NCBI GenBank assembly: GCA_963768305.1
Contig: CAVYHE010000003.1
Span: 96,001 to 160,000 of the forward strand
Direction: 5' to 3'
Origin: an uncultured bacterium
Lineage (GTDB): Bacteria; Margulisbacteria; WOR-1; CAVSGV01
DNA: 64,000 nt
Positions 8,947 to 19,328 of this stretch are shown in pieces (position 1 is the first letter of the stretch; the number at the start of each line of letters is the position of its first letter). Made by a program: the position numbers and the translations under genes. Under the pieces are notes generated by a model that saw nothing but the letters and a program-made list of their open reading frames with translations, was not told where the DNA came from and made no database searches.

Positions 8947-9027
8947 CTATTTCTTGGAAGTTGTCCACCACCAGTAGACCAGGGCCAAGATGATGATTAC
9001 GAGAAGGACCCATCCCCATGTGCTCAT
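8947..9027 (-). CDS. 26-aa Trp-rich single-TM microprotein
   Basis: MSTWGWVLLVIIILALVYWWWTTSKK*, with strong RBS AAAGGAGG upstream. Confidence 0.65.
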   Translation of the reverse strand: MSTWGWVLLVIIILALVYWWWTTSKK

Positions 9028-9077
9028 TTAGAATCCCTCCTTTCCCCCGAAGATATCGAGGTTTTGAGGCAAGCTCA

Positions 9078-10811
9078 TTATAAACTCTTTTTCCGCTTTA
9101 TTGCAAGCTTTTTTATCAACTTTTCATAGGGCAGAGTATTGAGGATATCGCTTTTTGTGAGCCAGCCTCTCCTGGCTGTAAGCACGCCGTATCTCATATT
9201 GTCGAATTGCGATGTGATGTGCGAATCCGTGGATATCGCTATCAATATGCCGAGCTCTTTTGCCTTCCTGCAGTGGATATCATCAAGATCGAGCCTTGCG
9301 GGGTACGCGTTCAGCTCTATAAATGTCCCGGTGTCCTTTGCCGCCTCCAAAATTTCATCAAGATCCACCTCATATCCATCCCGCGTGCCGATCAATCTGC
9401 CGGTAGGGTGGGCGAGTACGCTAACATATTTATTCTTCATCGCCGTGATGATCCTTTTTGTCATGTCAGCCCTGGCCATCTTGAAATTGGAATGCACCGA
9501 CGCGAAGACTATATCAAATTGCGCGAGCACTTCGTCCGGATAATCCAGCGTCCCGTCAGGCAGGATATCAAGCTCCGTTCCCTTTAATATTTTGATCCCG
9601 GCGGTCGAACTTGCTTTTTCTATCTCCCTGATATGGCTCAGCGCTTCTTTTGCCGAAAGGCCGCCTGCTATCCTTGAGGATATGGAATGGTCCGTTATCG
9701 CCAGGTATTCATATCCCTTTGCTTTCGCCGCTTTTGCCATTTCTTCTATGGTGTTGCTCCCGTCGCTGGCGACAGTGTGCGCGTGAAGGTCGCCCCGTAT
9801 GTCCTTCAATTCTACAAGCTCCGGAACATTGCCTTTTAGCGCTGCTTCTATCTCACCCCTGTCTTCCCTGATCTCCGGCGGTATATAAGGCAGCCCCAAC
9901 GCGTTAAAGACATCGTTCTCCTCTTTTCCGCCGATGATCTTCTTGCCTTTGAATATCCCGTACTCGTTAATCTTCAATCCCTTTTTTATCCCCATTTCCC
10001 TTATGTGGATGTTGTGCTGCTTGCTGCCCGTGAAATAATATACCGCGGCGCCGAAACTTTCCGGATCCACGACTCTCAAGTCGGCCTGCATGCCGTTCTT
10101 AAGGAGAACGGAAGTTTTTGTGGGGCCTTTGGCCAGGATCTTGTCAACCTGCTGGAGTTTTGAAAATCGATCCATTACGGCCATCGGTTTCTTGGACGTG
10201 ATAAGTATATCGATGTCTCCGATGGTTTCTTTCGCGCGCCTTAAGCTTCCGCAGGGAACTATCTTGTCCACTTCTTTTAATTTTTTCAGCGAATCGACTA
10301 TCGCTTCGGCATAGGGGAGCGCTTCTCCTATGGAGAACCTGCCGATATTCCTTTTTTTAAGCTCGATCCCCGAAAGGATGTTCTTTATTTTCTTGGCCCT
10401 TATGCCCGGCAGTTTTTCCAGCTTTCCGGTTTTCGCGGCTTTTTCGAGCTTTTCGATGCTGTCAATTTTCGCTTTTTTGAAAAGCAGCTTGGCCGTTTTC
10501 GGGCCTATCCCGGAGACGGATTCCATCTCTATAAGGCTGCGAGGGAATTTCTTTATCAGCTGGTCGTGAGTCTTCAATTTTCCGGTCCTGATAAGCTCTT
10601 CTATATGTTCGGCAATGCCTTTCCCGATGCCCGGGACGCTCTCAAGAGCTTTTATCCCGCCTTTTTTGTAAGTTGATCCAAGGTTCTCCGAAAGGCTTTC
10701 TATGTTCTGCGCGGCTTTCTGGTAGGCGCGGACGCGGAAAGGGTTCTCTTCTCCAAGTTCAAGGAGATCGGACATTTCAAAAAATATCTTCGCGAATTCC
10801 TGATTTTCCAA
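9078..10811 (-). CDS. polX: DNA polymerase X with PHP 3'-5' exonuclease domain
   Basis: ENPFRVRAY, GSLRRAKETIGDIDIL, FTGSKQHN, GDLHAHT, ITDHS, HPTGR, STDSH. Confidence 0.95.
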   Translation of the reverse strand: MENQEFAKIFFEMSDLLELGEENPFRVRAYQKAAQNIESLSENLGSTYKKGGIKALESVPGIGKGIAEHIEELIRTGKLKTHDQLIKKFPRSLIEMESVSGIGPKTAKLLFKKAKIDSIEKLEKAAKTGKLEKLPGIRAKKIKNILSGIELKKRNIGRFSIGEALPYAEAIVDSLKKLKEVDKIVPCGSLRRAKETIGDIDILITSKKPMAVMDRFSKLQQVDKILAKGPTKTSVLLKNGMQADLRVVDPESFGAAVYYFTGSKQHNIHIREMGIKKGLKINEYGIFKGKKIIGGKEENDVFNALGLPYIPPEIREDRGEIEAALKGNVPELVELKDIRGDLHAHTVASDGSNTIEEMAKAAKAKGYEYLAITDHSISSRIAGGLSAKEALSHIREIEKASSTAGIKILKGTELDILPDGTLDYPDEVLAQFDIVFASVHSNFKMARADMTKRIITAMKNKYVSVLAHPTGRLIGTRDGYEVDLDEILEAAKDTGTFIELNAYPARLDLDDIHCRKAKELGILIAISTDSHITSQFDNMRYGVLTARRGWLTKSDILNTLPYEKLIKKLAIKRKKSL

Positions 10812-10817
10812 ATCAGC

Positions 10818-11954
10818 CTATTCTCCCAGGTCTTCCCTCACCTGGAAAAGCCTCATTACATCCCTTTGCGAAATTATGCCGGCGAGTTTTTTTTCGTGGA
10901 TGACGAGAAGCAGTCCGATCCCGTTCCCCGCCATCTGCGTCAACGCGTCGCAAACATCGGCGGACGGGCTTATCACGAAATCGCTTTTTATGGGGAACAT
11001 TACTTCCCGTATCATGGTTTTATCCCATAATTCCCTGGGAATATCTTTAATGACATGTATGACCGCAAGCCCGGCAATGGAGCCGTCATCGGAAAGAACA
11101 GGAAAAGAAGAGAACCTGAATTTCAGGAAATAATCATCTACCAGCGAAAGGAGCGAAGTGTTCTCGTTCACCGTTACGACGCTTTCCGACATTATTGCCC
11201 GGACTTTTATGCCGCCAAGGCATTTCTTCAGTTCCATTTGCAGGTAGCTGGATGATGCCGCTTCCTGGAGGAAGAAACCTATCAATATAAGCCAGATGCC
11301 GGAGACCACCACGCCGTAGAAAAGATAAAGAAGCCCGATGCCCATCAACAGATAGGCGAAGCCCTTCCCGAACGAGCTCGCGATCCTTGTGGCTTTTTTC
11401 ATGTCCCCGAACAGGCTCCATAACGCTGCGCGCAGTATCCTGCCGCCGTCCAGCGGAAATCCGGGTATGAGGTTGAAAACGCCGACCGCCAGGTTGATGA
11501 ACGAAAGATAATCGCATCCCGCCACGATCAGCGCGGGGAACTTAAGCAGGAAAAATATTCTGCCGATCAGATAGAACACTATGGAAAGCCCCATGCTGCA
11601 TAGAGGCCCGGCCACGGCCATCTTGAATTCCACCGCGGGGGTTTTCGGCTCCTCCTCCATCCTGGCCACGCCGCCGAAAAGGAAAAGCGTTATCCCGTTT
11701 ATCGGCAGTCCGTGATTTATCGCGACTATGCTGTGCGAGAGCTCGTGGGCAAGGAGCGAAACGAAGAAAAGGAGCGCCACCGCGGCGCTTAATGTCCAGT
11801 AAACGTAAACGGGAGCGAACGGGATGACATTGGGGAAATATCCCTGGGCCAGCGTCCATGTGATCAGAAAAAATATGATGAACCAGGAATAATTTATGTC
11901 GATCGGGATGCCGAGTATCGTGGATAAATGGATGTTCCTTTTCAGGTTGTTCAT
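10818..11954 (-). CDS. Site-2 protease (M50) with CBS domains
   Basis: HELSH, FNLIPGFPLDGGR and a C-terminal CBS pair. Confidence 0.9.
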   Translation of the reverse strand: MNNLKRNIHLSTILGIPIDINYSWFIIFFLITWTLAQGYFPNVIPFAPVYVYWTLSAAVALLFFVSLLAHELSHSIVAINHGLPINGITLFLFGGVARMEEEPKTPAVEFKMAVAGPLCSMGLSIVFYLIGRIFFLLKFPALIVAGCDYLSFINLAVGVFNLIPGFPLDGGRILRAALWSLFGDMKKATRIASSFGKGFAYLLMGIGLLYLFYGVVVSGIWLILIGFFLQEAASSSYLQMELKKCLGGIKVRAIMSESVVTVNENTSLLSLVDDYFLKFRFSSFPVLSDDGSIAGLAVIHVIKDIPRELWDKTMIREVMFPIKSDFVISPSADVCDALTQMAGNGIGLLLVIHEKKLAGIISQRDVMRLFQVREDLGE

Positions 11955-12259
11955 GCTCTTCTCACCGCGCGCCTGGCCCGGCGTACCGCGGGCCGGTAAG
12001 CGGGGCCGATCTGGGTGGAGTACGCGTCAATGATATTGAATATCCATATTACCGGATAAGCTATGACGAATACCGCGAGGCAGGCAAGGAAAAGGTACGC
12101 GTTCAACAGAAGCGAGCCGAATATTATCATCGGGAAACCCAGGTAGAACCAGAGCATTATCTTAAGTCCCTTTACCGCGTCGCCCTTGATGACCTGCCCG
12201 AGACCCGCCACTGCCGCCGATGCGAGCGCGAGCCAAATATATTTTTTACGTTGAACCAC
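11951..12259 (-). CDS. Hypothetical membrane protein
   Basis: Hydrophobic 102-aa ORF with GLGQ motif, overlapping the next gene's start. Confidence 0.65.
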   Translation of the reverse strand: MVQRKKYIWLALASAAVAGLGQVIKGDAVKGLKIMLWFYLGFPMIIFGSLLLNAYLFLACLAVFVIAYPVIWIFNIIDAYSTQIGPAYRPAVRRARRAVRRA

Positions 12260-12280
12260 GGACGAGATTATAGCATAAAA

Positions 12281-13498
12281 TCATTGTTTATCCTTCTCGA
12301 TCGACTCTCTCCAGTCATTGCACAGGATTATGGTAAAGTCCGTTGTCAGGTCCCCTGTGCTGGTGACCAGCACATCGTTGATCCCCAGGAGCTTGCCCAG
12401 TTTTTCTGCGCCGACCCTGTCCCCCCTTTGCGCGATGATCTCGGTCTTTGTTATTCCGGGTTTCTTCGGAAGGAGATCGTTCATGATGACGTAATCTTTT
12501 TTATTGAGCACTTTCATCATCTGGCGGACAGCCTCAAAATCATCGGTGTTATTGATAATGGTGACGGCCGATGACGGGACATGCCTGGGCTCAAGTTTCG
12601 CGAGCAGCTTCCTGGAAAAATATTTGTTCACTATGTCCTTTAGCGCGTCCTGGTCCGGCGCCCAAACGCTGGCTCCCCATTGTCCAACCGCGAAATTACC
12701 CGGGACAATGCTCATGTTAATGTCGTCTTTCCGCAGTCCCCTGGCAAAGTTGAGCGCATATAAGATATCTTTCAATGAAAGGTCGGACTTTATGTTCTCG
12801 GCGGCAATGGACAGGACCCACGGCGCCTTCACTATCATCGCGGGGGTCGCCATCTTCCTTAAGACCGTTTGAAGGAATTCCTGCTGGCGCTGGACGCGTC
12901 CCACATCGCCCAATGCTTCCTGGCGGAACCGGATGAATCCCGTAGCCTGTTCTCCGTTCAGCTTCTGCCATCCCTGTTTCAGGTCTATCTTCAGACCGCC
13001 CCAGTTATCCACGTAATACATGTCCTTGTCCACGTAGATGTTGATGCCGCCCATAAGGTCGATCAGATTAATAAGCCCTTTCGGGTTCATCGTCACATAG
13101 TAATTGACGGGGACGCCCAGGAATTTCTCCACAGTTTCCCTCGCGAGCTCGGGGCCGCCCAGAAAGTACGCCGAGTTGATCTTTTGCCATCCGTATCCGG
13201 GGATCTCCACTAGCGTGTCGCGCGGGATGGAAAGCATGTTCACCTTGAAGCTGTTCGTGTTCACGTTGACAAGTATCATCGTGTCCGTATGTCCCGACTC
13301 GGACAGCGGAACGTGGTTCGTCTTGTTGTACGCGGTGTCCAGCCCCATCACGAGCACGTTCATGTTCCTTGGCAGCGGCCAGAGCCGCGCGAAATAGGGG
13401 AGGGTTTTCGGGGAAAAAATGTCCAGATAAAAATATATCACGCTCAGTGCCAGGAACAGGAGAGCGTATAACCTGAGCATATCCGGCCTTTTTGACAT
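12281..13498 (-). CDS. LCP (LytR-CpsA-Psr) family protein with LytR_C domain
   Basis: TM segment, GHTDTMIL, SIPRDT, KINSAY, RFR...GDVGRVQRQQ. Start set at MSKRPD. Confidence 0.9.
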   Translation of the reverse strand: MSKRPDMLRLYALLFLALSVIYFYLDIFSPKTLPYFARLWPLPRNMNVLVMGLDTAYNKTNHVPLSESGHTDTMILVNVNTNSFKVNMLSIPRDTLVEIPGYGWQKINSAYFLGGPELARETVEKFLGVPVNYYVTMNPKGLINLIDLMGGINIYVDKDMYYVDNWGGLKIDLKQGWQKLNGEQATGFIRFRQEALGDVGRVQRQQEFLQTVLRKMATPAMIVKAPWVLSIAAENIKSDLSLKDILYALNFARGLRKDDINMSIVPGNFAVGQWGASVWAPDQDALKDIVNKYFSRKLLAKLEPRHVPSSAVTIINNTDDFEAVRQMMKVLNKKDYVIMNDLLPKKPGITKTEIIAQRGDRVGAEKLGKLLGINDVLVTSTGDLTTDFTIILCNDWRESIEKDKQ

Positions 13499-13589
13499 GA
13501 CGGAATAGTAGCATTTAGGCGGGTTTGCTTCAATGAGCCGGTTGCATAATTTTGTAAAATCGGTTAAAATCCGAAAAAGGAGAAAAAAC

Positions 13590-14447
13590 ATGTCAGAAGA
13601 ACAGGAAGAGGATCAACAACAGGAAAAACCCGACAGGCCGTGGTGGAAAAGGGGAAGAGTAAGATTGTTCGCCGCGTCGCTTGTCATAATAGCGATCGCG
13701 GGCGTATTCGTCTGGTGGCATCTTTTCCGGCCGTACGTTTCCACGAACGACGCGAGGATCGCCACGAATATTTTGCGCGTGGCTCCCGTCGGGATAGGCG
13801 GACGCATTGAAAAAGTCACGGTTTCCGAGGGCGATGCCGTTAAAAAGGACCAGCTGCTCGTGGAAATAGAACATCAGGTGGCCGAAGCGGATGTGGAAAA
13901 AGCGAAAGCAAAATTCAACCTGTCAAAGCTTGAACTGAACAGGGTGGGAAAGCTCACAAAAGGGAATTACAGCACCGAAAGGGATTATGACAACGCGAAA
14001 ATGAACTATCAGATCGCGGATGCGGAGCTGAAGCTCGCGGAAGTGAACCTTTCGAACACTTATTTAAAGAGCCCGGTGGACGGGATGGTCATCCAGATCC
14101 CGGCAAAGGTCGGCAACATAATAGAACCGGGCCAGACGGCGGTCATGATATCTGACGTCGGACACGCCTGGGTCAGCGCTAACATTGAAGAAACGAAGAT
14201 CGCCAGGGTAAGGCCGGGGCAGTCGGTTCACATAGACCTGGACGAAGGCGGGTCCCTTTCCGGAACGGTTTCTGAGGTCCTGGAGACCGCCGCTTCGCAA
14301 TTCTCCCTGATCCCCGCCGAGAACGCTTCGGGGAATTTCACGAAAGTGGTGCAGAAGATACCTATAAAGATAACGATAGATAATTATCCCTCCAACAGGA
14401 TATTGAAATCCGGGCAGTCGGTAACGGTCAGGATCAATACTCTCTAA
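13590..14447 (+). CDS. HlyD/EmrA-family membrane fusion protein
   Basis: TM anchor, YVSTNDA, FSLIPAENASGNFTKVVQKIP; RBS AAGGAG. Confidence 0.92.
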   Translation: MSEEQEEDQQQEKPDRPWWKRGRVRLFAASLVIIAIAGVFVWWHLFRPYVSTNDARIATNILRVAPVGIGGRIEKVTVSEGDAVKKDQLLVEIEHQVAEADVEKAKAKFNLSKLELNRVGKLTKGNYSTERDYDNAKMNYQIADAELKLAEVNLSNTYLKSPVDGMVIQIPAKVGNIIEPGQTAVMISDVGHAWVSANIEETKIARVRPGQSVHIDLDEGGSLSGTVSEVLETAASQFSLIPAENASGNFTKVVQKIPIKITIDNYPSNRILKSGQSVTVRINTL

Positions 14448-14448
14448 G

Positions 14449-16017
14449 ATGACGGAAAAGCCGCGCCCTCGCGATCCCAATTATAAATGGCTGGTCATGA
14501 TCGTTGTCATGGTCGGAATGATCATGGCGATGCTGGACTCCAGCATTGTGAACGTTTCCATCCCCACGATAATGGCTGACTTCGGCGCGAACATCAACGA
14601 CATTGAATGGGTCGTAACGGCCTACATGCTGGCGTTCGCTGTCCTTATGCCTCTCACGACCTGGCTGAGGGACAGGATCGGGCATAAATTCCTGTACATC
14701 TTGAGCCTTGGATTGTTCACGGGCGGGTCGCTTCTGTGCGGCATCGCGCCGAACCTGCCCGCTCTCATATTCGCACGCGTCATTCAGGCTCTCGGGGGAG
14801 GAGCAATGACCCCGACAGGAATGGCGATGATCGCGGAAGTTTTCGAGCCGAAGGAAAGAGGCCGCGCCATGGGGATATTCGGCATTACCATCGTGATCGG
14901 CCCGGCATTCGGCCCGACGCTCGGCGGGTTCATCACCATGACCTTCGGATGGAGATGGGTCTTTCTCATCAATCTTCCCATCGGGATAATATGCGCCATG
15001 CTCGCGATGGCATGGCTCGCGCACGACAGGCCTCATGGGAAAAACCACAGGTCGTTCGACTTTTGGGGCTTTGCTTTCCTTTCCCTGTTCCTCACGTCTT
15101 TTCTTCTGGGGCTTTCCCGCGGAGAGACCGAGGGCTGGACTTCCAGGTACATCTTGACGTGCGCCGCTCTTACGATATTCGGATTCCTCAGCTTCCTGAT
15201 AACGGAAACGCTTGTCCGCGACAAGATCATGGACATAGGACTTTTCCGGCACGCTGTGTTCAGCGTCGCTATGCTCATCAGCGCCATAAGGAGCATAGCT
15301 CTTTTCGGAAGCATTTTTCTTTTGCCGCTTTTCCTTCAGCAGCTCAAAGGTATGACCGCCATACAAAGCGGGCTTACGCTCCTTCCCGGCTCGCTTGTAA
15401 TGGCCGTCGCCATGCCGGCTGTCGGTTGGTTCAGCGACAGGTCCAGTCCGCGGTTCCTTTGTTTCATAGGGATGAGCCTTATGCTGATCTCCATGTTGCA
15501 GTACAGGAACATAAGCATCTACATGAGCAACTGGCAGATAGTTTACCCCACGATGATAAGAGGGGTCGGGATGTGCTTTCTGATGGCGCCCATAATGATG
15601 ATGGCGTTGAACTCGGTCCCGAAGCATAAAACGGGGATGGCTTCTTCCATGATGAGCATTATCCAGCAGGTGGGCGGGGCCATCGGGATCGCCGTGCTCT
15701 CCACCGTCCTGGACAACAGGACAAAGTTCCATCTTAACGCCGTGACAGCCGCGATAAACACGAATTCGGCGGCATTCACGGGTGCGAGGCAGGGGATAAT
15801 GCAAAGAGCAACGGAACTGGGTTATTCTCACGCATATTCTTCCACGTCCGCCGTTGTCTCGCTGATGAAGTTCATTAATGTAGCTTGCGTGAATTTCGGT
15901 TTTCAGGATGCTTTCGTCTTTGCTTCGGCGCTGATCTTGCTTTCGATCATCCCGATATATCTTCTTCCGAACAAGCATGTCATCCATCAATCACAGCAGG
16001 AGATCTTAGAAGTCTGA
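14449..16017 (+). CDS. DHA2 (EmrB/QacA) MFS efflux transporter
   Basis: MLDSSIVNVSIP, WVVTAYML, GPTLGG, WRWVFLINLPIG; multi-TM pattern. Confidence 0.93.
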   Translation: MTEKPRPRDPNYKWLVMIVVMVGMIMAMLDSSIVNVSIPTIMADFGANINDIEWVVTAYMLAFAVLMPLTTWLRDRIGHKFLYILSLGLFTGGSLLCGIAPNLPALIFARVIQALGGGAMTPTGMAMIAEVFEPKERGRAMGIFGITIVIGPAFGPTLGGFITMTFGWRWVFLINLPIGIICAMLAMAWLAHDRPHGKNHRSFDFWGFAFLSLFLTSFLLGLSRGETEGWTSRYILTCAALTIFGFLSFLITETLVRDKIMDIGLFRHAVFSVAMLISAIRSIALFGSIFLLPLFLQQLKGMTAIQSGLTLLPGSLVMAVAMPAVGWFSDRSSPRFLCFIGMSLMLISMLQYRNISIYMSNWQIVYPTMIRGVGMCFLMAPIMMMALNSVPKHKTGMASSMMSIIQQVGGAIGIAVLSTVLDNRTKFHLNAVTAAINTNSAAFTGARQGIMQRATELGYSHAYSSTSAVVSLMKFINVACVNFGFQDAFVFASALILLSIIPIYLLPNKHVIHQSQQEILEV

Positions 16018-16068
16018 GCGAGGGGATCGTTCCTTATCCGCTCTGAGTTTGCTTACTTAATTTAAATT

Positions 16069-16569
16069 TCAGCTCTGTTTGCGAAGCTTTATCTGAATTT
16101 CTGCGTCCGTGTGGCCGTCTTTCGGTCCGCTGGAAAGCGAATTAAATGTCAGTGCCTCAAAGTGGGGGCCCAAAAGATTTTTTTCGTTAATTGCTGTTTC
16201 TAAAACTGCAAACGCTTTCCTTGTCACTTCTGTTAAATATTCGGGCGGCGCTTCATATATTGGATCGTAGTGTGGAGCATTGGAAGAGGGTTTTACGTCC
16301 CATAAAAAACTTATTTTGCAAGTGAACGGCTTTTTTAAGGAAACAGCACCATTAGAAGGCTCTAAAGTTAAAGATACCAATGATTTGCCTTGAAAATGCG
16401 CCATTTGGCGAAAAAGCTGTTTGATGCCTCCTTGAAAGTGATCGAGAACTCCGGTAAACGGAAGTCGCAGAGGATGGGTCAGTAATTTATCCAAATTGAT
16501 CCGTTTTGGAAGTTGCGGATATCCTTTTACTCCTTTTGAACTAACGAGTCTTCTGATGGACGATGTCAT
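16069..16569 (-). CDS. Orphan hypothetical protein (MTSSIRR...)
   Basis: 166-aa ORF with AGAGG RBS, AT-richer than neighbours; preceded by the conserved motif at 16612-16640. Confidence 0.65.
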   Translation of the reverse strand: MTSSIRRLVSSKGVKGYPQLPKRINLDKLLTHPLRLPFTGVLDHFQGGIKQLFRQMAHFQGKSLVSLTLEPSNGAVSLKKPFTCKISFLWDVKPSSNAPHYDPIYEAPPEYLTEVTRKAFAVLETAINEKNLLGPHFEALTFNSLSSGPKDGHTDAEIQIKLRKQS

Positions 16570-16611
16570 TTTATTTTCCTCTTTTCATTACTAAATCCTT
16601 TTTACATATAG

Positions 16612-16640
16612 TTATCGTCAATTCTCTTGAAAAATTTCAC
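16612..16640 (-). promoter_or_regulatory. Conserved sigma-28-like promoter motif, copy 1
   Basis: Minus strand: AAAAA GTGAAATTT ttcaagagaatt GACGATAA (12-nt spacer). Confidence 0.7.
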
Positions 16641-16708
16641 TTTTTCGAGTCTATAGTGCTATGCGAAATCTTGAGATATGCAGGGCAGAGTGTTATTATT
16701 TGCATACC

Positions 16709-17842
16709 ATGAAGAAATTAGTGATATTTATAGTGTTCGTGGTCTTTCTGGCAGGTTTGGCTTACTCCATCCAGCTCCTGGATATCGGCTCGCTCAGCGA
16801 CAAGCTGAAAGAGATACGGCAGGCCAATCTTCAGCTCCTGGAAGCTAAATACTGGGAACCCCGCGATGATAAATTCGTCCAGTGCCAGCTCTGCCCAAAC
16901 TACTGCTTCCTTCCTGTCGGGAAAAAGGGAAGATGCGGCGACAGGATAAATGTCGACGGCAAGCTGTATACATTGGTTTATGCCAGGCCGGTCGCGGTAC
17001 ACATAGATCCCATCGAGAAAAAACCGTTCACGCATTTCCTTCCCGGGACTACGTCATTTTCGATAGCCACCGCAGGCTGTAACCTGGGCTGCATCTTCTG
17101 CCAGAACTGGCAGATCTCGCAGGCGAGGCCGGAAGACGCGCCGAACGTTTTTCTTCCTCCCGAGGAAGTCGTCGCCCAGGCAAAAAAGAACGGATGCGCT
17201 TCCATCGCGTACACTTATACAGAGCCCACCGTTTTTTACGAATACATGCTTGCCACGGCGAAACTTGCGAAAGAGAACGGGATCAGGAACGTTATGCATA
17301 CTTGCGGATACATAAATCCGAAGCCGCTCAAAGAACTTCTTCAATATATGGACGCGGTCAATGTGGACCTCAAGGGCTTTTCCGAGGAATATTACGTGAC
17401 AATGTGTTCTGGCCACTTGGACCCGGTCCTTGAGACCATAAAGAACGTGAAGAAAGCCGGCGTGTGGCTGGAGATAACAAATCTTGTCATACCCGGGAAG
17501 AATGACGATCCGAAAATGATAAAAGAAATGTGCGAATGGATAAAGGACAATGTGGGGACGGACACGCCGCTTTATTTTTCGGCTTTCACTCCGCTGTATA
17601 AGCTGACATCGGTCCCGCCGACGCCGCTGGAAACGCTCCAAAATGCTCAAAAGATCGCGAAAGATGTCGGATTGCATTATGTTTATATCGGCAATGTTTA
17701 CGGCAACGCCGGAGAATCCACCTACTGCCCGAACTGCGGGAAACTTCTTGTCAAAAGGCAGGGATTTGATACATTGGAGGTCAATATAGTCGACGGGAAA
17801 TGCAAGTACTGCGGGCAAAAAATTCCTGGAGTGTGGAAGTAA
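16709..17842 (+). CDS. amrS: AmmeMemoRadiSam radical SAM enzyme with hydrophobic N-terminus
   Basis: CQLCPNYC, DPIEKKP, CNLGCIFCQNWQISQ, YTYTEP, YVYIGNV, TYCPNC. Confidence 0.92.
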   Translation: MKKLVIFIVFVVFLAGLAYSIQLLDIGSLSDKLKEIRQANLQLLEAKYWEPRDDKFVQCQLCPNYCFLPVGKKGRCGDRINVDGKLYTLVYARPVAVHIDPIEKKPFTHFLPGTTSFSIATAGCNLGCIFCQNWQISQARPEDAPNVFLPPEEVVAQAKKNGCASIAYTYTEPTVFYEYMLATAKLAKENGIRNVMHTCGYINPKPLKELLQYMDAVNVDLKGFSEEYYVTMCSGHLDPVLETIKNVKKAGVWLEITNLVIPGKNDDPKMIKEMCEWIKDNVGTDTPLYFSAFTPLYKLTSVPPTPLETLQNAQKIAKDVGLHYVYIGNVYGNAGESTYCPNCGKLLVKRQGFDTLEVNIVDGKCKYCGQKIPGVWK

Positions 17843-17858
17843 AGCGAGAGGTGACGAG

Positions 17859-19328
17859 ATGAAGAAAATTAATATAATTTGTCTGATAATAGGAGGGTGG
17901 TTAATGATGATCGGTTTTGCAAGCTGTGCTGATATTGTGAAACAACCGAACGTTGCCGGAACATTTTATCCGGGCGACAAGAACGAATTATCAAAAGCTA
18001 TCGACAGCTATCTGGCGGAATACAAGATAATAAAGGGCGAAGGTGACCTGGTCGGGATCATCGTTCCGCATGCCGGATATGAATTCTGCGGCAAAGTCGC
18101 GGGTTACGCATACAAACAGCTCACCAATAAGAGCTTTGACACTGTCATCATAATCGGTCCCAGCCATTACATGTCTTTCGACGGGATATCGGTGATTCCG
18201 TCCGGCGAATACGCGACGCCGCTCGGGAACGTGAAGATAGACAATGAAATGGCGTCTCAGCTCTCATGTCCTTTGATCCCAAGATATCAGTTACGTGAAG
18301 GAAGCTTTTGAAAAAGAACATTCGGTGGAAGTCCAGATACCCTACCTTCAGAAAACCTTGAAGAATTTCAAGATAGTGCCTCTTGTGATGGGATATCAGA
18401 CCCTGGAGAACAGCAATATCCTTGCACAGGCGATCGTCAAGGCGATCACAAGCCATGAGCCCGGCAAAAAACCGAAGAAGGTCCTTATTGTCGCCAGCAC
18501 GGATATGTCCCATTATCATACAGCCGAAGTTGCGGGATCTATGGACGCGATCGCGATCGATGCCATTTCAAAAGGTGATGTCAGCGCTCTGGCCCAGCAT
18601 CTCGCATCCGGTGAATGCGAATTGTGCGGCTATGGGACCGTAATTACATTGATGCTGGCGGGCGACCAGCTCGGCGCCAATAGCTACGAGATACTGAAAT
18701 ACGCCGATACAGGGGACGTGACCGGAGATAAATCGTCAGTTGTCGGATACATGTCCGCCGCAGTTTACAGAAGACCTGTCAAGCTGGACGATACCGACAA
18801 GTCGCGGCTTCTGGATATCGCGAGAAAGACCCTGGAAACCTATGTTTTCACGAAGGTCAAGCCGGACTTCACCGTTTATGAAAAGGAACTTCAGCAGAAA
18901 TCCGGCGTGTTCGTCACGCTTACAGAGAACGGCCAGTCTGCGCGGATGCATAGGCTACCTGCGTCCTTACAGGCCGCTTTATTTGGCGGTCTCGGACATG
19001 GCCGTGGCGGCGGCGACGCAGGATATGAGGTTCACGGCCGTGACGACGGAGGAGCTTCCGAACATCAAACATAGAAATATCCGTCCTGTCGCCGATGACG
19101 GAGATAACCAGCACCAACGAAGTTGAGATCGGCAAGGACGGGATCCTGATAATTAACGGCAACCAGAGCGGTGTTTTCCTTCCGCAGGTCGCTACGGAAA
19201 ATAATTGGACGCGAGAACAGTTCCTTGAAAATGTTTGCGGGAAAGCGGGACTTCCGGTTTCAGCCTTGAAAGACCCCAACACGAGATTATATGTTTTTAC
19301 CGCGCAGGTGTTCGGGGAAGAACAGTAG
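17859..19328 (+). CDS. amrB: Fused AmmeMemoRadiSam protein B (MEMO1-like) and A (AMMECR1-like); frameshifted in this sequence
   Basis: PNVAGTFYP, PHAGY, GPSH, EHSVEVQIP, STDMSHY, then GVFVTL, LRGCIG, D.RF, GVFLPQVA across four ORF pieces. Indels near 18270-18295, 18935 and 19070. Confidence 0.85.

Noticed and set aside
14434..15990. 518-aa antisense ORF opposite the DHA2 transporter
   Set aside because: Shadow ORF of a hydrophobic, GC3-rich gene with no recognisable motifs. The same applies to most short overlapping ORFs in the track.
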